Positions 39,077 through 50,814 of a stretch of DNA of 64,000 bases are shown in pieces. Made by a program: the position numbers and the translations under genes. This DNA comes from Octopus sinensis (Eukaryota), in the NCBI RefSeq assembly GCF_006345805.1, contig NC_043009.1:55180001-55244000 (forward strand). The letters run 5' to 3'. Below the pieces are notes generated by a model. That model ran no database searches, was not told where the DNA came from, and saw only the letters and a program-made list of their open reading frames with translations. Position 1 is the stretch's first letter. Every line of letters begins with the position of its first letter.

Positions 39077-39553
39077 TTACAGAGGGTTAGTCCATGGTAG
39101 TACAAGGGTTCAGTCAAATTATTAAAAAGACCACCAGAATATCCATATCACCATGGAGCAATATCCTAGATTCAATACCATACAACAAAACAAAAATACA
39201 GGTGTTTGATGGGGATTTTGATGTGTAATGAGACAGCTTGTTAAACACACCAATTACAGAAACCAAAGACTGAGAATATTAATTCAAGTTCTATTTTTGT
39301 TGTCAAATGATGCAGTGCTTCTGTCTTCAACCAATTTTCTCAATATCTATATTTTTATTTCATGCTCATTTTGTTTATCATTAATCTTGCATTGCTGCCA
39401 AATTTTGTATACTGTCTCTGATACCTTTGTTTAGTATTAGATATATTATGGTTGACACCTGAATAACCATACTGAACTATAAAAATATAATTGGCTTCTT
39501 ACAAGTACATGTGTCAGTTGTTTCATGGTCATGGGGCTCAGAAATCAAACTAT

Positions 39554-39602
<49 letters not shown>

Positions 39603-40339
39603 AGTTATGTAAACAATGATTTTTCCCCTTCACTTTTAATATAATAGGTATGGACAGTATGCTAATAGCTATTAGTGTCAGTAGCTTTCTTTCTGGGAGA
39701 TGAAGTTTACTGCTGCAAGAATCAAGAATTCTGGCTAAATTACCATTGAGAAAAACAACTGAAAAATTTGATAATAGCATTAGAAAATCCTAGAGTGCAT
39801 TGCTGGGGTTTTATTTTGGACCTTGGATTTAACATTACAAACTTAATGGCTGAGGAAAACAGAAGACAGAATGGCAGAGAAAATTTCATCAGAATGTGAT
39901 TTGATTGAATTGAGGGAGAAATTGGAGGTAAAACAGATAGTCAATTTAAAAAAAACTTGGCAGCCAGATGGCGCTACAAACAGCTATTTGGATTGAGTAG
40001 GGGAAGGATGCAAGATTGTTGGAAGAAATGCAGTTAGCCACTAACTTGAACACATAGTTACAAAGGAGAGAACTTATTTTGCATGGAGTGAATAAATGTG
40101 TACTTTGAATTCCAGATCTTTCTGTTTTCAACCAAGTTGAATTAGGATTAGGTTTTTTTTTCTTTTATATTAAATCATTATAAAGTGAAGTACTTGCACT
40201 TGGAAGACTTATCAATATGTAGAGTATACATCAGTATGAGGTATAAGTTCATATGTAGGCAGATGCATTTTCTCACATCATAAGTATGCAAGATTGCATT
40301 TGTATGCCTTTCACCTAATCAACAAATCTTCCACTTTAA

Positions 40340-40552
40340 CCCTTTTGACACCAGTCCATCTGAAACTGCCTCAGGCTTTATAGTACAAATGTCTTGTTTT
40401 CAAAAGTTCTAATTAAAATCTTCCACCAAGTTACAGTTTATGTTCCTAACATGAGCTTAATAATAGCTAAGTTATTTTACTCAATTCTTTATTATATTTA
40501 AAATTAACTCCAAGAAACTGAGCATCTCCACAGAAATATGGTTACAAAAAGG
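40340..40552. mobile_element. piggyBac-like MITE
   Basis: TTAA|CCCTTTTG..CAAAAAGG|TTAA; related to the inner MITE at 32409-32622. Confidence 0.65.
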
Positions 40553-41290
40553 TTAATACCTTTTGGACACTAATCCTCCTGATACACTGTAAGATCCCTC
40601 TATTTGACACTTTTACTAATGCTATAATAGAAACTGCTCATCTGACCCTTAATCCTTTGTTCTGCGTCTTCACAAAATTATTTGTTGCAGCCACTTCATT
40701 TATTCACATACCTTCTACATTTCATGCGTTCCTTTCTGTAAACCTCTTAAAATGTTATGTTCACTGCATTAATGTTATTCAGAACCATTCGAAGGTCTAA
40801 GAGAATGCTTCTTGAAATGCAAGCAATTTATAAAGGATAAGAAAAAAAAATGGGACAGGTTGGCTGTATGGTTAAGAAGCTCACTTTGCAATCATGTGGT
40901 TCCAGGTTCAATCCTACTACACAGCATTGTGCGTAATTGTCTTCTGCAATAGCTCCAGGCACATCAAACGTTTGTGGGTGAACTTGGTAAACCAAAACTA
41001 TGTGGAGGCCCATTATATATATATATATATATTATATTAAATTAGAGATAAAACCACTATTAGGCAAATCAAACAGTTTATGTTCCTAACACTAGCTTAA
41101 TCATAGCTAAGTTATTTTACTCAATTCTTTGTTAAATTTAAAATTAACTCCAAGAAACTGAGCATCTCCACAGAAATATGGTAACAAAAGAGTTAATACC
41201 TTTTGGACACTAATCCTCCTGATACACTGTAAGATCCCTCTATTTGCCACTTTTACTAATGCTATAATAGAAACTGCTCATCTGACCTTT
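40434..41290. repeat. Local direct duplication of about 215 bp: 40434-40650 vs 41074-41290
   Basis: cagtttatgttcctaac..gaaactgagcatctccacagaaatatgg..taccttttggacactaatcctcctgatacactgtaagatccctctatttg..gaaactgctcatctgacc present twice. Confidence 0.9.
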
Positions 41291-42489
41291 ATAATAATAA
41301 TATTACTCCCTAATATTATTATTATATATATATATATATATATATATTAGTGTTTGTGCCCTCCCCACATGCTGGACATTTGGTGTTGATTTATGTTCCC
41401 CTAGCTCAGCATTCCAACAAAACAGACTGATATAAATCCAAAACTAAAAAAATAAAGGAGCTTTTCTGTTTAAAATCTCCACAGGTGCAGCCAAAGTTTA
41501 GTGAAAATTTTAAAATTTGATGTATTGATGTAATTTTCCACACAGAATTTCAGGGGCGAATTCAATTTTGTCAGAAATATTTTTTTTAAGTTACCGAGGT
41601 TTAAAGTTTGATCATTTTTACTTGGTCAGAAAAGATTTGGAAGCTGTCATTTTGTGCGTGACAGCACATGTTGTCAACTACAAACAAATGAAATATTGGC
41701 AGAACTCCGCTTTACACACGTCATATAACCCCCTCAAATTTTTTTTATTTTTTAGAATTTTCAGGAAATTTTTTTGAATTTGTTTTTTGTACATGGAAAT
41801 TCAAATAATAATGCAAAAACCAAAGAAAAAGTTTTGGTGCAGAAGTTAAGGCCTATTTAACTGTTATTTTTAGCACATCTCATGACCAACCCATACTGCA
41901 TGCATTTTAAGTATTTAATAAACAACAAAAAGAACATGTGAGTAAGCAGCTTGGTAAAAAATTGGCTTGTTATTATGGAAGCAGATACCTATGTCTGTGA
42001 CTTTCAATTGATTATTTGCAAAAGCTATTAATTATTTATTGATTTATGGCAAAAATGAATTTCATGTCAATAGTTACTTTACAAAATTATACCAATACAC
42101 CAAATATGAAATCAATGGAACAAGAACTGAAGAAATTGAAAAGTGGCAGCCAAACACAGAAGATCCAAAATAAGTTTTGGGGATGCTTTGTTCAACTAAA
42201 CACTTCAAGACAATGCTCCAGCATGACCACAATCCAATGATTGAAACAAGTAATAAGAGAAAAATAATAGAAATAAAATGTCAAATCAACAGGAAAAATA
42301 AACTATGGCAAAGTATCTGGTGGTTGCTGAAAAGTAATTATTTTTCAGTGTTCATATATTTAAGCCTTATCTAGAATGACAAAATACTTTACCCACACAT
42401 TTTGTTATGTTATATAAAATCTGTGACACTGTTTTAAAAATAAATATTAAGTAATTTTGAAGCAAAAACAATTCCCTCAAGGAAATTTA

Positions 42490-42700
42490 ATGTTTGAATA
42501 CTTCAATATATAGTATGTTGTATCTTGACTGTCGGTGTTTAAAAGAGGCTGAAAATCTCAGACATCTACAGTTTTCCTTGGGAAGGCTTAAACCAAAAGT
42601 ATTAGTGGAATACAGAGAAAAAGAGTTGGGAAGTTTATAACGCAAGCAAAGTAAACTAGCTACATCTGGGAATCTAAACCAGGTCATGGACTTTGTTTGG
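42490..42700 (-). mobile_element. Possible decayed hAT transposase C-terminal dimerisation segment
   Basis: FPDVASLLCLRYKLP..CLRFSASFKHRQSRYNILYIE loosely resembles FP....L..YLTLP..LRS.M.QERLN.L.IL.IE. Confidence 0.3.
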
Positions 42701-42764
42701 CAGCTATTTAATTTCTTCAACACTAAAAGTATTATTCTATATTTTTGAGATGAGTGATTACGTA

Positions 42765-43530
42765 CAGCCTTCATCAGGTGTTCTGGTGGAATTTCGAACC
42801 CAACCCTTTAACTAATGGGATACACTGTTCTCATTCCTTAGGTATGTTGCTGATATTATTTTTCTGTTGATATTAGTTTTCAAGTCCCTGCCCGGGACGG
42901 AGTTTAGAATCCAAAGGTTAGTAGCCCACGCTCTTATCCACTACACTATATGCCTGTGGGCAATTACAGAGTGAATTTTAGGGCTTATAAACCTAGTATT
43001 TTATCTTTTCTTAATACTGGTTCCCCTATTACATTCATATCTCCACTAGGTCTGCTTAGGAGGTTATTGCATCCTAGCATATGTGCAGCCTCTTTTAATT
43101 TTCATATTTTCCAGTGGTGTTCTCAGTCAATTATTTTAACTTCATCTTACAGGGAGAAGTGGTCTCTGTTTTACCATACATGACTGTTTATACCCGATTT
43201 TTCAACATATCCTTGTGTCAAAGCTTTACGATGTTCCTCTACCCTTACTTTAAGGGGACAGCATGTTCTGCCTTTGTATAAACCTACCACAACTACATGG
43301 GATAGAGTACACACAGTTTTTGGTCATATTCTCTTCTTTGGGTGGTTTTGCTCAACAGAAAAATAAAATCAGCAACATATCTTAGGAAGGAGAACAGTGT
43401 ACCCCATTAATCAAATAAAGGGTTGGGTTCGATATTCCATCAGAACACCTGAAGGCTGGAGGGTACATCAACCAAAATGTTGTGATAACAAACAAACAAG
43501 GCGAGAACACCTATCCATCTATTGTAAATT
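42765..43530 (-). mobile_element. 5'-truncated Penelope-like retroelement: inverted pLTR (43352-43530, +), GIY-YIG endonuclease remnant (about 43345-42986, -), pLTR with tRNA-like head and hammerhead core (42954-42765, -)
   Basis: Minus strand KNCVYSIPCSCGR[fs]YKGRTCCPLKVRVEEHRKA..EKSGINSHVW*..EVKIID*EHHWKI*KLKEAAHM..LLSRPSG is a Penelope-type GIY-YIG domain; arms 42765-42870 and 43352-43458 are inverted repeats. Confidence 0.9.
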
Positions 43531-43682
43531 ATGTACTAAAAGTATTATTTGCCACAAATACATGTTCTAGTGAAACAACACCTGATGTTGTCGAGTTAGA
43601 TATAAACGGTACCATAAAGGGACAAGACAAAGTCTTCTCTTTCTTTCATATATATATATAATTTATATATTTGGAGCAGTAA

Positions 43683-44865
43683 TAAGGAAGTGAGATGACA
43701 AATGAATAAACAATTATTTTATAAACTTCATTAGCTTACAACGGCATAGTTTCGGTTGTAGTAGCACAGATTTCCGTCGATTTCCGTAAAAAACTTTTAT
43801 TTTTTTACATAAGTAATGAGAGCGAAAGAGACTAAGAGGAAGCGATTTTACGACGAGAAGGTTTCTCTTTGAAGTCGGCCTGTGTGTGTTTGATGGGGTG
43901 TGGGAGACAGACAGTATGTTGTGTAAGTGAAGTGCTTCTGTTAGTGTGCGAAGAGACAGACATACATATACACATACACCGAGTAAAAAATTACGATGAA
44001 TCGGCCAAACATACATACATACACACACACACATACATAGATACATACACACACACATACATACATACATACACACATACATACATACACACACACACAC
44101 ATAGATACATACACACACACACATACATGCAGACATACATATACACATACACCGAGTAAAAAATTACACTGAATCGACCATACATACATACACACATACA
44201 TACATACACACACACACATACACAGATACATACACACACACACATACATGCAGACATACATATACACATACACCGAGTAAAAAATTACGATGAATCGGCC
44301 ATACATACATACATACACACACACATACTTACACACACACACATACATAGATACATACACACACACACATACATGCATACATACATATACACATACACCG
44401 AGTAAAAAATTAGTTATCTCTCTCTTTCACACATTACTCTCTCTGTCTCTTCGCACACACTAACAGAAGCACTTCACTTACACAACATACTGTCTCCCAC
44501 ACCCCATCAAACACACACACACACACATGTACATCAATGCTTCCCCTAGACGGTAACTTCAAAGACAAACTTCCCTCGTCATAAAATTGCTTCCTCTTAG
44601 TCTCTTTCGCTCTCATTACTTATGTAAAAAAATAAAAGTTTTTTACGGAAATCGACGGAAATCTGAGCTACGACATGCGAAACTTCGCCGCTTACAACTG
44701 TTTCAACTATAAGATGCAGTGGACTCGTAGTTGAGTGCCTGAGTACCACCTTATAGCTCCAATGAAGCTTTAAGGCGTTACTCCATTACATCTTATAGCA
44801 GAAACATCTGTAAGCTAATGAAGTCATAAAATAATTGCTTATCTCTTTATCATCTCACTTTCTTA
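43683..44865. mobile_element. Foldback/MITE-like element with long imperfect inverted arms and an internal minisatellite
   Basis: Left arm 43683-43960 is the reverse complement of right arm 44442-44865 (which has extra inserts); the centre has four ccgagtaaaaaatta units separated by (CA)/(CATA) tracts. Confidence 0.75.
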
Positions 44866-45079
44866 TACAATTTATAAATATTATCATTTTTACATATACA
44901 AGAATAGGAGTGACAGTGACTTCAAAGTCAGTCACCACCAATCTTGTAAACGTATGATAAATATATACTCTACAAAAAGTATTGAGTAATCATTCAGTTT
45001 AACGTTGAATTTTCTTTATGGAAACTCGATGTAAAAGCAAAGAACAAATATTAAAATTCACACACACTAAAAGTTTGTA

Positions 45080-45410
45080 TCAATCTAGTCTCCAACATGA
45101 GTAGAATAATGCGGTTGGGATACGTAACTCATAGAGGTACTGCATCTAGAACACAAGCGATGGGAACAAGGAAATAATCCCATTAGAATAACGTAAAAGA
45201 AATAACTATATATATATATAAGGGTGGAGGTAAAGAATACGTACACCACCCGTTTTCGGCGTGACAAAATCCCTAACCCTAAATACCGAGTGTACATATT
45301 CTTTAATTTCGCCTATTTAAAGCATTTCATCCATAATTGTTAGTACGATAAAATATATCATAGATTAAATATCTTTATTCACTCCCGGACTTATCTTGCG
45401 CCCAATAATA
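45080..45410. promoter_or_regulatory. CpG-enriched unique segment, possible promoter or first exon of the minus-strand HMG-box gene
   Basis: Locally frequent CpG (cccgttttcggcgtgac, cttgcgccc) in a CpG-poor background, upstream of the acceptor at 36845. Confidence 0.3.
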
Positions 45411-45440
45411 ACTTCTTTTTGAACTTGTTACCTACAGGTG

Positions 45441-45916
45441 TGTGTGAGTGAGAGAAACAGACAGGACGAGGGAGGGAGAGAGAGAATGAGAGAAACAGAC
45501 AGACAGACAGACAGGAGGAGGAGGGAGGGGAGGGAGAGAGAAACAGACAGACAGACAGGAGGAGGGAGGGAGAGAGAGTGAGAGAAACAGACAGACAGAC
45601 AGGACGAGGGAGGGAGAGAGAGAATGAGAGAAACAGACAGACAGACAGGAGGAGGGAGGGAGAGAGAGAGAATGAGATAAAAAGACAGACAGGAGGAGGG
45701 AGGGAGAGAGAGAATGAGAGAAACAGAGAGACAGGAGGAGGGAGGGAGAGAGAGTGAGAGAGACAGACAGACAGGACGAGGGAGGGAGAGAGAGAATGAG
45801 AGAAACAGACAGATAGACAGGAGGAGGGAGACAGACAGCCAGACAGGACGAGGGAGGGAGAGAGAGAATGAGAGAAACAGACAGATAGACAGGAGGAGGG
45901 AGGGAGAGAGAGAGAG
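45441..45916. repeat. Purine-rich compound minisatellite (gagaaacagacagacagacagga[c/g]gagggagggagagagagaat)n
   Basis: About 8 degenerate units of roughly 45-65 bp read directly. Confidence 0.9.
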
Positions 45917-46149
45917 GCGTTAATTTGCAGAAATTTGTTCTGTTGAAGAACGCCCGATGGAACCATTTAACCATATTTCTGTTGAAATACAGTTTTTGCT
46001 TCAACTAATTTCGAAAATTAAGAAGAGTTTAGTAAAATAACTTTGTCATAATTAAGCTGGTTCGATTTCCATTAATGAATTATTTATACCTTTTCTTCCA
46101 AATTTTTTTTATGTATTTTAAAGATTTCGTTTAGGCATAGCGATACTAC

Positions 46150-48450
46150 TAATATGATGTTAGGATTCAATAGACACAAACTTCAGAATTAAGTACTATG
46201 AAATTAATGGAATGGCAAGGGAACAAGAATTATGTAATAAACTTCGTTTATGTAATTATTTTGACTACATGTGTACTTTAAAGACGAGAGCCGAAGTGTA
46301 AAAGCAAGAAGCTTCCGAGAGAGACCTGAGGAATGTCATCACAACTTCAAGACATTTTACGTCAAGTAACCTGAAATGCCTTGAAACTGCAATTAAACGC
46401 CGCTTAACAGACTCTGGGAAATGCATGCACGCCACAACACCATTTCGCTCCTTTTCTAAACACAAGGCCTTCTACTTAGTCAAAAACAAATCAACACTAT
46501 TATATAATAATAATAATAATAATTGTGTACAGTGCTCAGGTGCACTACAAAAAAAAAACTTTACAAGAGCCCCAGGGCAAGATTGAACCTTAGGCCAAAG
46601 GGTATATGTGTTGCTGTGTCCACATCTTTACCCACAAGACCATTGAGACAATTATTTATCTACGGGTAAGTATAGTGGAACACAAATATTCCAAAGTGAA
46701 GTATACCCCACAACTCCTGGAGAAAGGCATAAATCTCACACCATCCCACAAAGGTGAAGCTTCCTTCTTGAGGGAAAATGAACACACTTCACTAAAAGTT
46801 ACTGGACGAGACCATAAGGCGTTATTGTATTGAACTCGGTACCTGACTGTTGAGTTTAAATTCCAGTGAGGGAACAACTTAATTCATCTCCTTTGAGGAA
46901 TGACAAGTTAATTGCAGGCTGATAATTAATAAATTAATTAGCTAGATTCGATTCAACTAACTTCCATCCTCCCTACAGCAATAAGAATTGGTATTCTAGC
47001 AATTAGATGGGTTTCTCAAGATAAATGTTACAGTTATGAAATATAAAATCTAAACACTCAAGAATTAAAATGCGTAGCTGTAAACTTTATAATAGAGTTC
47101 CTATTAATTTTACAGAGACACAAAAGAGAAATATATACAAGTGTAAAACATTTGAATAATTGCATTTGTTTAATTCAAACAATGCAATAAAATTAACAAA
47201 ACTATATAAATGCTTTGAGCTTCATTTTGTCAGAAAAAAAATGAGAAAAGATGATATATAAAAACTGAAAAATGTGTATCATCAATTTGAACACAGAAAT
47301 GTATGTAATCACATACGAACCTATATTCACACATATTGTGTATATACAGATATGTATGTGTGTGTATAGATAAATACACACACACACACATACATACATA
47401 GACTTCACACACATATTTACACAGACAAGAAGAATAAAAAATCTCAAATATGTGAAACACAAATCGGAGGAAAAAAAGGGAGGATATTTTTTGGTCTCCA
47501 AAATTGGGACCCTATTGAAGGATATCTACATATACATACACTTCAGAATTAAGTATATAAAATTAATAGAATGGCAAGGGAACAAGAATTATGTAATAAA
47601 CTTAGTTTGTGTAATTATTTTGACTACATGTGTACTTTAAAGACGAGAGCCGAAGTGTAAAAGCAAGAAGCTTCCGAGAGAGAGACGTGAGGAATGCCAT
47701 CACAACTCCAAGACATTTTACACACACACACATATATATATAAACATATACATCGACATACATTTCTGTGTGTGTATAATAGAGACACAAACATATATAC
47801 ACATACGTGTATATGGATGAATATACACATACATGAGGAATTACTCCCCTCTTTTTACCTGTGGTGTTCATTGAAGCGTTAAATGGTGACAGAAAGAATG
47901 GTCTTTAAAGTAATGATGCCAGCTGGGAGATATAGATTCGATTTGAAGCAATTTTTTTTTAATCATTTGCGTTATCCCTCGTTTCATCATATTTTATATA
48001 TTTAGTTACCACAGGAAATCTATGTATTTAAGAAAATTATAATAGCTTCCAAATAAATTCAATAATTGAAATGATAGCCCCCCCCCCCTCCTTCCTGCCA
48101 TTTATTATACAAGACCATTTCTTTGAAACTTTAGTTATCTTTAAGACATAACTAAATAAAAAAAAAGGCGTTCCTTTAGTTTACACTCGGAAATTTAGTG
48201 CTCCAAAAACCTGTAGTTTCTTCTCATTTGTATGTTTTAAGCATCGTAAATTACCATTCTGAAAAAAAAATGAGTTGGGGGTGGGGTATTACTCCCCAGC
48301 CCAGCTTACCCCAAACTTCCACCCCTGCCTCGATTCATGTCACATATATTTTTGAAGAAGAATAAAAAAAATCTCAAATATGCGAAACACAAATCGGAGG
48401 AAAAAAAGGAGAGGATATTTTTTGGTCCTCCAAAATTGGGACCCTTTTGA
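46150..48450. repeat. Interleaved local duplications: 46155-46350 vs 47535-47720, and 47425-47520 vs 48355-48452
   Basis: acttcagaattaagta..gaatggcaagggaacaagaattatg..gacgagagccgaagtgtaaaagcaagaagcttccgagagaga occurs twice; aatctcaaatatg[t/c]gaaacacaaatcggaggaaaaaaagg..ccaaaattgggaccc occurs twice. Confidence 0.9.
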
Positions 48451-48488
48451 AGGATAGAAAATCGAAATCTACGATATTTCAGATACAA

Positions 48489-48597
48489 ATCTGAAGAAAT
48501 TATGGTTTTGTTCGCACTGTATAATTTCCGACTATATATAAAAAGAAAATGCAGTCGGAAATTATACAGTGCGAACAAAAACATAATTTCTTCAGAT
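48489..48597. repeat. Near-perfect 45-bp inverted repeat with a 19-nt loop
   Basis: atctgaagaaattatggttttgttcgcactgtataatttccgact / agtcggaaattatacagtgcgaacaaaaacataatttcttcagat, one mismatch. Confidence 0.95.
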
Positions 48598-50814
48598 ATA
48601 TATAGATATATATTTCGTTTATTTTAAGAAATTGATAAACTTGAATAATTTTTTCATATTCTTGAAATAATTTCTTGAATACTTGGTGAAGTATTCTTTA
48701 AAATGTATAAGGAATATAACAATTCAAAAAGAAAATAAATTATGACGAAAAGCAAGACTGTGTGCTTATAAGCTATAACTTTAAAAAAGATTTTCTCAAC
48801 AATTTTCAATCGAATATTCAAAATAAAAAAAACAAATTGAACCTAAAACAATTGATGTTTTATATATTACAAACCTTACAGCAATACCGCAAGAATCACG
48901 AGTTTTGTAATCTTATCCAAGTCCTTCAGGTGGGAGAGAAAAAAAAACTGTATCACCGACAAAACTTTCAATTCCAATCAATTCTTGTATTTTGGTACAT
49001 TATTATTCGTATTAGCTGGGTTTTTTTTTATTAAGTGAATTAAGAATTTTTTCTGTTTTTGAAGCACAAGTTTTTAGTTCCTTACTTCCAAGCGAAATGA
49101 GGTTTTTAAATATAAACACATGTAAGAGGATATAAAAATATAAAATCTATAACATGTCACCATCAATGGTGTGTCTAATAATGTCTATTTCACTGTCCTG
49201 TTTAATAATGTTTATTTCACTATCCTTTCTATAATACTGCGTCTCTTATGAAATATTCTAGACAAGAAACAGAACAACAAAAGCCACCAACATTTTGAAG
49301 TCAGTCACTCATCTTTCTTTAAAGTCTAAACAACAAATTCCAGTTCACCTCTGTTCCTGTTTTCTTGGGACATTAAGGAATAGTTTGCGGAAGATTTTGT
49401 TGCTATTTCTGACCTATTAACCATTTCTGATAAATTACACAAGACAAAAATGCTTATTACAAAGCAAAATATGTTTAGTTTTTAAATAACTTCTTTGCTA
49501 GTCGCAAATACTATCCTGGGACCCACATCAGACATAGCAAGCTCCATCTCTGCTGTGGTCACCACAACTTACATATATCTAACAGAAAAGATTGAACGAT
49601 AAGGGATACATAACATGCCCAGTATGACAAACATTGAATCGCAATAAATCAATGCATGTCGGAGACAATTGTTTGATACTCAAATGAAGACGAAGACAAG
49701 GTAAATCCGCAGCACTAGATATGCTATGTGAATTATATTCAGACATTTGGCATGACCAGGTTCAGCACAACGGCTAAAAACCCAAGTTTGCCGCCCTTCT
49801 TTGATGTTTCACATCAAAATATAGTTCACAGAAATTGGAGGGAAATAAGGGAATTTTCATAATTGTGAAATCATGAGGAAAGTCCTGTTGTTAAAAATAA
49901 AGCTCTTATGGATCCTGTTAATGGTCAGGGTCTAAATTCAACTAAATGAAATGGATTTCGAGTCATAAATAATAATAATATTTATTAAAAGAAGTGAAAT
50001 AAACTTTGTTTTATTGAACGGTAAGTGAAATAAACTTTGACGGATAGTAAACTTTACATCTTGCTTTGGAAATTTTGTTAAAATTTAACAACATATGCAT
50101 TAATTCATTTAAGCTTTGATGGATTTATCATTTATCTTACTCCTCGGTCTCTTTAATTGCTGTTGCTTATTGAAATGTGTATTTAAGTTTATCAATCTTT
50201 TTGACATCAATATCTAATTAAATCACCAGCCAATTTTGGGACTAAGTACAGCCTTCCCCACAGAGATGTGGTAGCTAAAGATTTAAACAGTATCGTAGGC
50301 AGATGGTGCACATTAAGACTAGCATATTCTGATAAAGGGTTTTCGATGCAAAAGGGATTTCTCTATTGCATTACAATGTTGATAATTGAACTTCTGACAA
50401 CCTGATCGATTATTAATATCTTTTATTGACAATATACCAGACAAGGTATTGGTCCCTTGATTCCTGTTCTTGGGCGAATGAGAGGACTTGATGCTTAGTT
50501 TTGAGAGATTTGGCGTACGAAATCTCTTGGAAAGAGGTTCCCGAGCAGAGAAGAATTGAACTAAAAAAACATCGTTGGTTCAGATTTAATTTACGCTTCA
50601 GGATTTAATAAGATAGTTTGTTACACAATGACTCAGCCTCAACGAATTAGTGTTGCCAGCGCACACAGTGCGAAATTGTGGTGAGGTTCTCATTTAAGAA
50701 CACCCAAGAACTGTAAAAAAAAAATGTCTGCTACAAGAATGGCAAGGGAACATGAATTATGCAACAAGAACATTCGGAAGGCTGCACTGAAGACTATATC
50801 CTGTTTATAGTGAA

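Noticed and set aside
43714-44378. Several 90-145 aa ORFs (MCVCVY.. / HTHTY..)
   Set aside because: Translations of (CA)n/(CATA)n microsatellite, which lacks stop codons; not protein-like.
43979-44412. Repeat-spacer-like array of ccgagtaaaaaatta units resembling CRISPR
   Set aside because: The intervening sequences are mutually similar microsatellites rather than unique spacers, the context is eukaryotic and no cas genes are present.
45266-45277. ccctaaccctaa telomere-like / telo-box motif
   Set aside because: Only two units, which is expected by chance in 64 kb.
45391-46004. Two ORFs of about 190 aa (SLSPSLVLSVC..)
   Set aside because: Products of the GA-rich minisatellite.
46560-46660. 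Minus-strand A-box/B-box-like unit followed by a T run, as a tRNA gene
   Set aside because: No consistent cloverleaf or acceptor stem could be built; more likely a decayed SINE head. The same applies to all SINE heads and to 42884-42954.
50190-50560. Two overlapping minus-strand frames (79 and 44 codons) that would join with one indel
   Set aside because: The lengths are within chance expectation and no homology was recognised; kept only as part of a low-confidence hypothesis.
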